The position numbers and the translations under genes are program-made. From the NCBI RefSeq assembly GCF_018336915.1, contig NZ_CP064923.1:4380001-4412000 (forward strand): DNA of 32,000 nucleotides. Reading direction: 5' to 3'. Shown here piece after piece: positions 24,813-32,000 of the stretch (the first letter of the stretch is position 1; every line of letters begins with the position of its first letter). Under the pieces are notes generated by a model that had not been told where the DNA came from, searched no databases, and was given only the letters and a program-made list of their open reading frames with translations. The stretch comes from Acaryochloris marina S15. Its GTDB lineage: Bacteria > Cyanobacteriota > Cyanobacteriia > Thermosynechococcales > Thermosynechococcaceae.

Positions 24813-25058
24813 ATTCCTAGTCACCATCATTCCATTGCTGTAGTCTATATTTTTCCTGGGCCAAGGGATAAGCGCCATTGTCAAAGTCTCCTCTCCTAGT
24901 CTTTTCACTGGGACGCTTAAGACCCACCAGTTAGAGTCGCAAAGACTTAGGATAAGGATGTAAAGGGTTCTGTAGTAGTGAGTTAGAGTTGGCGAAAATC
25001 GCTAGACTAAACCCAATCCCAAGAAGCAACCCACATTCTGCATTACGAGAAACAAACC

Positions 25059-26318
25059 ATGAACGTCAGCCTCAGTCTGGCCCTAAACGATGACCATCTT
25101 GACGCCTCTCAAGGAACGCAACAACGTCAATTATCCATTGCTGTTTCTGCCATTCACGAGACGGGATTAAACGATGGCACTCGCAACGCGCCGTTGAACC
25201 TCTGTTTGATTTTGGATCACAGTGGATCCATGACTGGCCGCCCGTTAGCGACGGTCAAAGAAGCAGCTCAAAGCTTGATCGATCGACTCAATCCTGGCGA
25301 TCACATTGCCGTAGTAGCCTTTGATCACCATGCCAAAGTCTTGATTCCCAACCAACTGGTGGAAGACCCGGAACAAATTAAAGCCCTGATCCAACGTCTT
25401 GAGCCCAAAGGGGGCACAGCCATTGATGATGGTATGAAGTTAGGGATTGAAGAGTTAGCAGTCGGTAAACAAGGCACTATTTCTCAAGCCTTTCTGCTCA
25501 CAGATGGTGAGAATGAACATGGCGATAATCAGCGCTGTCAACAGTTTGCCGAGTTAGCAGCAGGGTACAACATTACCCTCAATACCCTAGGCTTTGGTAG
25601 TCATTGGAATGAAGATGTATTAGAAGGTATCGCGGATTCAGGGGGGGGAAGCCTCTCCTTCATCGAAAAGCCCGAAAATGCCGTTACTGTTTTCAATAAC
25701 CTATTTACCCGTATTGAGACCGTCAGCTTGACGAATGCTCATTTTTTAATTTCTCTAAGCCCTGGCGTCCGGTTGGCTAATCTCAAACCTGTGGCCCAGG
25801 TTACTCCGGAAACCGTAGAGCTACCGATTACAGAAGAAGGCGATTTAGCCATTATTCGGATCGGAGATCTGATGACCCAGATGCAGCGGACAGTACTGGC
25901 CAATCTTTATATTGATCAGCTCTCTCCTGGTCGACAGACCATTGCCACCCTTCAAGTCCGCTATGACAATCCTGCTTTGGAACAAACGGATCTGCTTTCC
26001 GAAAAAATCCCGGTTGAGATTGCGGTAACGGAGAGTTATCAACCCTCTTCGAACCCTAAAGTTCAAAAAAACATCCTGGCTTTAGCTAAATATCGTCAGA
26101 CACAAATTGCAGAAACGAAACTGCAGGAAGGCGACCGCGCAGGCGCAGCAACTATGCTGCAAATGGCTGCAAATACCGCCTTACAAATGGGGGATGAAAA
26201 TGCTGCCACGATCTTACAAGGCAGCGCTACTCGGCTACAGGAAGGGGAAGAGCTGTCGGACAGCGATCGCAAAAAAACTCGCATCGTGTCCAAAACAACC
26301 TTACAAGCCCCTTCCTAA
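25059..26318 (+). CDS. Cytoplasmic von Willebrand factor A (VWA) domain protein
   Basis: MIDAS motif LILDHSGSM (DxSxS), GGTAI and LLTDGENE. There is no signal peptide or TM segment. The C-terminus carries short A/Q-rich helical repeats (AATMLQMAANTALQMGDENAATILQGSATRLQEG). Confidence 0.8.
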   Translation: MNVSLSLALNDDHLDASQGTQQRQLSIAVSAIHETGLNDGTRNAPLNLCLILDHSGSMTGRPLATVKEAAQSLIDRLNPGDHIAVVAFDHHAKVLIPNQLVEDPEQIKALIQRLEPKGGTAIDDGMKLGIEELAVGKQGTISQAFLLTDGENEHGDNQRCQQFAELAAGYNITLNTLGFGSHWNEDVLEGIADSGGGSLSFIEKPENAVTVFNNLFTRIETVSLTNAHFLISLSPGVRLANLKPVAQVTPETVELPITEEGDLAIIRIGDLMTQMQRTVLANLYIDQLSPGRQTIATLQVRYDNPALEQTDLLSEKIPVEIAVTESYQPSSNPKVQKNILALAKYRQTQIAETKLQEGDRAGAATMLQMAANTALQMGDENAATILQGSATRLQEGEELSDSDRKKTRIVSKTTLQAPS

Positions 26319-26384
26319 CCGGTAGGCCCGAGCTATGTTCTATCCAACTGCCACGCTGCTCACTTCATTCATCCAACAGCACCT

Positions 26385-27890
26385 ATGACTGGCTTACTTT
26401 TTTTGGCCGCTTTTGTAATTCTCGGAGTCGGCTATCAACGCGCCCGTCCCATGGGGCAAATCGGCGTTTTAGCTTGGCTACAATCTCTGGTCCTCATGGG
26501 ACCATGGCTCCTCATGTTTGGTCTGCTCAGTTTAGGGATTACTCTCAACCTAGCGAGCGTTCTTTTGATGGTAATCCTGTCCATTAGCCTCTACATCACC
26601 TTAGGCAGGCGGTTACGCTATTTAGCCAATCAAGACTCCCAGCAGGTCCCCCCCCCAACCTCACCAGACATCTCTCCCATAGAAGCTACCTCCGCACCAA
26701 GCTCAGATAATCCTGTTACCGATAGCAAAGCCTCTTCTTCCACTCCCCCTGAAATCCCCCCAACAACGATTGCCCCACCTCCCATTTCAGCGGAAGATCT
26801 CAAATCAATCCAGGGCATCTTTGGCATTGACACTTTTTTTGCCACAGAAACCATTCCCTATCAAGATGGGGTCATCATTCAGGGCAATCTAAGAGGAGAT
26901 GTACCCACAGTTCATAGCGAGTTAACCCAGCAGCTCGAATCAAGATTGCCGGAGCAATATCGCTTATTTCTGGTCGAGAATACTGACGAAAAACCCATTG
27001 TTATTGTCTTACCACGACGCAACGACCCGAAAGTAGGTGGGTGGACCCAAAAGCTGTTTGCAACGATTCTCAGTTTAGCCACCATTGGCTCTTGCCTCAT
27101 TACAGGTGCTTTTTTATTGTCCTTCAACCTCATCGAACAACCCGAGCGATTATCGGAAGCACTCCCCATCGGCTTAGGTTTAGTAGGAGTATTAGTCGCC
27201 CATGAAGTTGGTCATCAAGTGAGTGCCCAGCGATATCAGGTGCGACTAAGCTGGCCCTTCCCCTTTCCAGCCCTGCAAATTGGTTCTTTTGGCGTCTTTA
27301 ATCGGTTTGAATCTCTACTTCCTAATCGCCAAAGCTTATTTGATATTGCCTTTTCTGGACCGGCAGCCGGGGGTTTGTTTTCACTCACATTACTCATTTT
27401 GGGATTAATTTTGTCCCCGTCCAGCCCCATTTTACCCCTCGATATTTCGTTTCTTAGAGGGTCGATTTTTGTAGGGACGTTAGCACGTCTGTTCTTGGGA
27501 GATACCTTGCAAGTCTCCAGCATACTGGTTCATCCTTTAGTCGGTGTAGGCTGGCTTGGCCTGGTGATCACGGCCCTTAACTTAATGCCTGCTGGCTCTC
27601 TTGATGGAGGACGGATTATTCAAGCCATCTATGGGCGAAAAATTGCGCGTTTAAGTACTTGGATTACCCTAGTCATATTGGCCCTCATTGCCATCGCCAA
27701 TCCCATTGCCTTGTATTGGGCCATCATCATTTTGCTCCTACAGCGAGATTTAGAACGTCCCAGCCTTAATGAACTCACAGAACCTGACGATACCCGAGCG
27801 GCTTTAGGGTTAGCTGCTTTATTCATCATGGTGGCCATCCTCTTGCCGCTTTCTCCGAGTTTAGCGACTCGTATTGGCATCGGCGTCTAA
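26385..27890 (+). CDS. Site-2 protease family (M50) intramembrane zinc metalloprotease, EGY-like
   Basis: HEVGH (HExxH) within a TM segment and NLMPAGSLDGGR (NxxPxxxLDG). It is polytopic, with an N-terminal TM pair followed by a P/S-rich linker. Confidence 0.85.
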   Translation: MTGLLFLAAFVILGVGYQRARPMGQIGVLAWLQSLVLMGPWLLMFGLLSLGITLNLASVLLMVILSISLYITLGRRLRYLANQDSQQVPPPTSPDISPIEATSAPSSDNPVTDSKASSSTPPEIPPTTIAPPPISAEDLKSIQGIFGIDTFFATETIPYQDGVIIQGNLRGDVPTVHSELTQQLESRLPEQYRLFLVENTDEKPIVIVLPRRNDPKVGGWTQKLFATILSLATIGSCLITGAFLLSFNLIEQPERLSEALPIGLGLVGVLVAHEVGHQVSAQRYQVRLSWPFPFPALQIGSFGVFNRFESLLPNRQSLFDIAFSGPAAGGLFSLTLLILGLILSPSSPILPLDISFLRGSIFVGTLARLFLGDTLQVSSILVHPLVGVGWLGLVITALNLMPAGSLDGGRIIQAIYGRKIARLSTWITLVILALIAIANPIALYWAIIILLLQRDLERPSLNELTEPDDTRAALGLAALFIMVAILLPLSPSLATRIGIGV

Positions 27891-28070
27891 CACACCACGC
27901 CTAACTGCAGCACAGCAATGCGGGTCAATTTGGTAGACAAGGCAAACGGATATCGGGTCAACTCATGCTATATGGGTTGGCCTGAGTTGAGACATATTAA
28001 CGACGATGAATGGCTCAACTAGTATCAAGCATTCCCTCGCTATACCAAGGTTCGAAATGAATCTCCCGTA

Positions 28071-28622
28071 ATGACGCTTCCCAAGGCCAACAAGGTCATT
28101 CTTGTAGTACTGCTCAGTAGTTTATGGTTACTCCCTGCGTTGGGTCAGAGTCAGACCCCCCAGACCTCGTTACAGCAAGCCAAGCAGGAGCTGAAGGCAG
28201 GGCAATATAATCAAGCTGAAACTCATCTACATCAGATCGTGCAAGAACAACCTCAGTCGGCCGAGGCCTTTTTCAATTTAGGGCTAAGCTTACATCTACA
28301 ACTGGAATTGGACGAAGCAATAAAAACCTATGAAAAGGCTATCCAGCTTGATCCTACTTACGACCAACCCTATACCAATATGGGGTTGGCGTTAATTGAA
28401 GCCAATCAATTGGATGAAGCCAGTATCGTTTTCAAGCAAATCTTGTCTTTACCAGATCGTCCAGAACAACCCGCTAGCATCCACACCTTAGCCCACTACA
28501 ATTTGGCAATTATTCTCAAACGGCAGGACAAGCTAGATGCTGCACGACAAGAAGTTCAGGCAGCTCTAGCCATCACGCCTAGTTTTGCTCAAGCTCAAAC
28601 GCTCCAACAAATGCTGAATTGA
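28071..28622 (+). CDS. Secreted TPR-repeat protein
   Basis: Signal-like N-terminus VILVVLLSSLWLLPALGQS. TPR-type repeats: AEAFFNLGLSLHLQLELDEAIKTYEKAIQLDP and PYTNMGLALIEANQLDEA. Confidence 0.7.
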   Translation: MTLPKANKVILVVLLSSLWLLPALGQSQTPQTSLQQAKQELKAGQYNQAETHLHQIVQEQPQSAEAFFNLGLSLHLQLELDEAIKTYEKAIQLDPTYDQPYTNMGLALIEANQLDEASIVFKQILSLPDRPEQPASIHTLAHYNLAIILKRQDKLDAARQEVQAALAITPSFAQAQTLQQMLN

Positions 28623-28633
28623 AACCCTAGCCT

Positions 28634-30187
28634 TTATTTGCCCTTGGACAAGATATAGCCAACGGTACGATTTTCAGGTTTGAAGGTCAAGTCCGCAATT
28701 CGTTGAACATCTTCTGGAGTCACGGATTCAATCTTTTCTAGTTCACTGAACAGATTGCGCCAATCCCCGGTTTTGACTTCGTACTCTGTCAATAACCTTG
28801 CCATCCCACTATTCGAATCTAGCGATCGCAATAGACTAGCCCGAGCCTGGGTTTTCAGACGATCCAAGTCTTGGGTATCTACCAATTCTGTCTTCAGTTT
28901 TGCCAACTCAGCATTCAAAGAAGTGGCGACTTCATCGACCGTATGTCCGGGTGCCGTTAACGCGTAGAACAACATCAGGTTCGGATACTTATCTCCAGGA
29001 AAACCACTAAACCCTTCTGCACTCAAGGCAATCTTTTGCGATTCTACTAAAGACTTATAGAGTCGAGACGTACGGCCATCACTCAGCAAGCTAGCAATCA
29101 ATTCATAGATGGCATGATCCGGATCGCTAATGGCAGGGCAATGATAGCCTTCTAAATACCAAGGCTGGGATTTTAACTCCAGGGTCACGGATTTTGTTTT
29201 CTGTTGTGGGGGTTCCACCTCAGTGACTTGAGGGGGCTGTGATCGCGACTTGAAACGGCCAAAATAAGTTTTCGCCAGCTTCTTCACTTCTTTGGGGTTC
29301 ACATCCCCCACAATGGCAATGGTTAAATTACCAGGACCATAGTAGGTATCAAAGAAGTCTTGGACATTCTGACGGGTTAAATTGCGAAGATCTTTCTCAT
29401 AACCAATCACCGGCTGCAGATAAGGGTGGACATCAAAAGCTTCTCCTAAGAAGACTTCGACCATTTTGCCAATGGGCGAATTATCGGTGCGTAACCGCCG
29501 TTCTTCCAAAATGACTTCTTTCTCTTTATAGAATTCCCTCAGAACAGGCTCTAAAAAACGTTCTGATTCCAAAGACATCCAAAGTTCTAGCTTATTGGCA
29601 GGCAAGCTATAGAAATAGCGGGTCGCATCTGAGGAGGTTGTGGCATTGAGGCCCACGCCCCCTTCTTGGTTGATGATTTGGCCCATTTCGTTTTGCTTCA
29701 CCAGTTCCCCTGCTTTCTTGGAGACTTCAGTGAATTCTTGGGTCAGTGTTTGAACCGCTTGCTCATCTTTTTTAGCCTTTGCCGCTTGGATTTGGTCAAA
29801 TAGCTTATCTTGCTGTTCTAAGAGCGGCTTTTCAGACTCATAGTCTGTTGCACCAATCCGGCGAGTGCCTTTGAATGCTAAATGCTCCAGATAATGTGCA
29901 ACCCCAGTTTGTCCCATCGGTTCATCAGAACCGCCTACATCTGCATAGGTATGAAGCGCAACAACGGGCGCTTGATGTCTTTCTAAAACAATAAATTTCA
30001 GTCCATTTTTCAGCCGAAATGTCGTTACCTTATCCTTGACTCGATCCAGATAGGGTTGGATAGATTGACCCGCTTCTGCTGGAGGGGGTTTTGGGGTTGC
30101 CGCCCCAACCGGTTGACCATAAAGAGCGAGGCTAACAAAGGCAGCCAGCAGCAACAAAGCAATTTTTTGTAATCTAGACAACCGCAT
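28634..30187 (-). CDS. M16 (pitrilysin/insulinase) family zinc peptidase, secreted
   Basis: Inverted zinc motif HYLEHLAFKG (HxxEH). Signal peptide MRLSRLQKIALLLLAAFVSLALYG. Two-domain length (517 aa). Confidence 0.85.
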   Translation of the reverse strand: MRLSRLQKIALLLLAAFVSLALYGQPVGAATPKPPPAEAGQSIQPYLDRVKDKVTTFRLKNGLKFIVLERHQAPVVALHTYADVGGSDEPMGQTGVAHYLEHLAFKGTRRIGATDYESEKPLLEQQDKLFDQIQAAKAKKDEQAVQTLTQEFTEVSKKAGELVKQNEMGQIINQEGGVGLNATTSSDATRYFYSLPANKLELWMSLESERFLEPVLREFYKEKEVILEERRLRTDNSPIGKMVEVFLGEAFDVHPYLQPVIGYEKDLRNLTRQNVQDFFDTYYGPGNLTIAIVGDVNPKEVKKLAKTYFGRFKSRSQPPQVTEVEPPQQKTKSVTLELKSQPWYLEGYHCPAISDPDHAIYELIASLLSDGRTSRLYKSLVESQKIALSAEGFSGFPGDKYPNLMLFYALTAPGHTVDEVATSLNAELAKLKTELVDTQDLDRLKTQARASLLRSLDSNSGMARLLTEYEVKTGDWRNLFSELEKIESVTPEDVQRIADLTFKPENRTVGYILSKGK

Positions 30188-30209
30188 TCTCCTTGTAATG
30201 ATGTCGGAG

Positions 30210-31841
30210 TTACTGAGTTTTCTCCAGAATCGGATTCATCCCGTGACGTTGGATCAGTTGCATTCTATCTTGTGCTTCTCGCACAGAAGCAAAAGACCCT
30301 ACTTGCATCACGGATCGCCCACGATAAGAAGATCGAAAGGCACCGGGAACCAACCCCTTAAGTTTACTTTTTTGACGGGAATTAAAGGCTGATACCACGA
30401 TTCGATATCGAGGTCCTAAAGCAATCGATGACGAGGGCGGTGCAGGGGGCAATCCTGCCCGGAGATGATAAATATCGGACCCTTTATCTGCGCGCCCCAT
30501 TGGAATCCTAGACCCCGGCACGGGTAATACACCTACCCTAGCAGGCACGGTTCGCAAGGCGAGGCGGCGACGACTATCTTTGATGACTTCAGGTTTCAAA
30601 CCATTTCGCTTCATCAGTTTGACCATGCGATCCAGTTTAGAGCGATTGTCAAACAACCCCACTTGCATCACAGATCGCCCCTTATAAGACGATCGAAAGG
30701 CATCGGGGACAAGAGACTTAATTTTAGATTTTTGTTTGGTATTCCGAGGCTTAACGACAACCCGATACAGCGTATTAGATTGGCGTGCAGCCGATTTAAA
30801 CCGGCGTCTACGATCGGCTACCGGGGAAGGAACAGGAATATCTACGCCGCGACTGGCAATCGAAGAAGGAGGGACTGCAGAAATTCTAGATCGCTCATTT
30901 TCAATAATCTCTGGCTTCAAGTCATTGCGCTTCAACAGTTTTACGATGCTATCGACTTTGGAACGGCTATTAAACAAGCCGACCTGCATCACCGAGCGAC
31001 CTTGGTATGCGGATCGAAAAGCATCTGGCACTAATGATTTGATACGAGTCTTTTGCCCGCTATTGCCAGGTTCCACCACAACTCGATAGAGAAACCCTGA
31101 ACTGGGCACTGATGCAGACTGGGAGGGCACGGGTATGTCAACTACTTTTGCAGAGGAAGGCGGCACAATCGGCTCCCTTCTCGCAGATGACCGTGGAGGC
31201 GATAAGCGCCGTCCGGCAAACACAGCGGGCTGTGCTTGCTCAGTATTGAGATAAACATGGCCTAGGGTTTTGCCATTGTAGGTGCGTTTGGCAAAATTCC
31301 AGCCAGAATTCAAGTGAATTTTGAGCAGTCCAGAACTCATGCCCCGGGTTCTACCAATAACCATTGGCTCCCCTAACCGGCGAGAGCTGGGCATCCCTAG
31401 CAACAGCAGCTCATTACCTTGTTTTTGTAGAGTGAGTTGATAATCTAGCCCTAGATCTTTACCTGCCTGACGGATAGAGTAACCATTGCTATCGGTGCTA
31501 CGGCCACAAATCCCTGTAAAGTCGAACTTGAGCAATAGAGGCTCAATTTCTGTGGGGCTCGCTCCATGCTCTTTCCAACATTTTTTACTGCTAGAAATTT
31601 GTTCCAGAACCAGCAAATTGTAGTAACCCCGATCTCGGGGAACCGCAACTGCAATAAATTTATTTTGGGGGACCGCTGTTTGCCCAAAAGTAGCGGCCAA
31701 AAAGGTTTGAGGGCTGCGTTTACTCTCTAATAGGTCTGGGTTTGTGGCGGGTATTCCATTTGCGATCGCAGGTAAGGCCGTCGCCAATGGAATGGCAGCA
31801 GCGGCAAATGCCGTCAACCTATGAAGAGATAAATAATGCAT
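30210..31841 (-). CDS. Secreted protein with a cyanobacterial N-terminal domain (DUF3747-like) followed by three SPOR (peptidoglycan-binding) domains
   Basis: Signal peptide LTAFAAAAIPLATALPAIA. Three ~64-aa copies of YR(V/I)VV...K..LVP(D/G)AFRS.Y.GRSVMQVG.F..R...D....L...G..P, matching the SPOR pattern. The stop lies 22 nt upstream of the M16 peptidase start on the same strand. Confidence 0.8.
   Translation of the reverse strand: MHYLSLHRLTAFAAAAIPLATALPAIANGIPATNPDLLESKRSPQTFLAATFGQTAVPQNKFIAVAVPRDRGYYNLLVLEQISSSKKCWKEHGASPTEIEPLLLKFDFTGICGRSTDSNGYSIRQAGKDLGLDYQLTLQKQGNELLLLGMPSSRRLGEPMVIGRTRGMSSGLLKIHLNSGWNFAKRTYNGKTLGHVYLNTEQAQPAVFAGRRLSPPRSSARREPIVPPSSAKVVDIPVPSQSASVPSSGFLYRVVVEPGNSGQKTRIKSLVPDAFRSAYQGRSVMQVGLFNSRSKVDSIVKLLKRNDLKPEIIENERSRISAVPPSSIASRGVDIPVPSPVADRRRRFKSAARQSNTLYRVVVKPRNTKQKSKIKSLVPDAFRSSYKGRSVMQVGLFDNRSKLDRMVKLMKRNGLKPEVIKDSRRRLALRTVPARVGVLPVPGSRIPMGRADKGSDIYHLRAGLPPAPPSSSIALGPRYRIVVSAFNSRQKSKLKGLVPGAFRSSYRGRSVMQVGSFASVREAQDRMQLIQRHGMNPILEKTQ
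30219..31091 (-). repeat. Three dispersed in-gene DNA and protein repeats encoding the SPOR domains (30219-30410, 30579-30770, 30903-31091)
   Basis: Similarity is visible at DNA level, for example cttgcatcacggatcgcccacgataagaagatcgaaaggcac, cttgcatcacagatcgccccttataagacgatcgaaaggcat and cctgcatcaccgagcgaccttggtatgcggatcgaaaagcat. Confidence 0.85.
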
Positions 31842-32000
31842 GGGGTTGTCTCCAGCGCCCTGATTGATGACGATGAATGCTCTATAAGTATTATTCCCAA
31901 ACTAAAAAAAGAAATCCGTCAGATCCAGGTTGAAGCTTGAGTTTTACAAGATTAACTTAAACCTATGGATTTTGAAGTGGATTTTTTGTTCTCGGTTATA

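Noticed and set aside
28006-28071. 21-codon uORF (MNGSTSIKHSLAIPRFEMNLP) ending in a TAATG overlap with the TPR gene start
   Set aside because: It has no RBS and there is no conservation evidence. The overlap could easily be chance in an AT-rich leader. It is not reported as a gene.
30198-31089. Plus-strand ORFs (30198-30392, 30663-31034, 30736-31089) that share a recurring HH(G/R)SP(T/L)IRRSKG(T/I)G peptide
   Set aside because: They are antisense shadows of the three SPOR-encoding DNA repeats. The recurring peptide simply reflects the DNA repeat on the opposite strand of a well-supported gene.
1-32000. Search for CRISPR arrays, transposases or IS ends, integrases, toxin-antitoxin pairs or known defence-system genes
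   Set aside because: I saw no regularly spaced direct repeats, terminal inverted repeats or characteristic catalytic motifs. The only repeats are in-gene protein repeats and HIP1 octamers.

Overview
This is a cyanobacterial chromosomal segment. The octamer GCGATCGC (HIP1) occurs at least 14 times, and the gene content is typical of cyanobacteria: stpA-like, rimO-crhR, compact RNase E and a PlmA-like GntR regulator. I support 21 protein-coding genes and found no rRNA, tRNA, CRISPR array, transposase, integrase or recognisable defence system. Most of the window is housekeeping: lipA, rimO, a DEAD-box helicase, a class A PBP, cobS, rne, an M50 site-2 protease, an M16 peptidase and a SPOR protein. 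The best candidate for an undescribed system is the divergent cluster at about 3.9-12.0 kb. On the minus strand it encodes a CarS-family (CDP-archaeol-synthase-like) membrane protein, an orphan B12-binding radical SAM enzyme and a StpA-type HAD phosphatase. On the plus strand it encodes a eukaryote-type sphingosine-kinase-like lipid kinase, an outer-membrane protein built from two tandem beta-barrel-like modules, and a CDP-alcohol phosphatidyltransferase. Together these mirror the four chemical steps of a phospholipid salvage and head-group pathway (kinase, CTP activation, head-group transfer, dephosphorylation), but use non-canonical enzyme families. This is inference from motifs and gene order, not a demonstrated pathway. 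Other points of interest are a giant modular exoprotein cut by the window edge, the rimO-crhR spacer, the long rne leader with C-terminal repeats and Arg-rich motifs, and a triple-SPOR protein. All product calls come from motifs read by eye, because no database search was possible.
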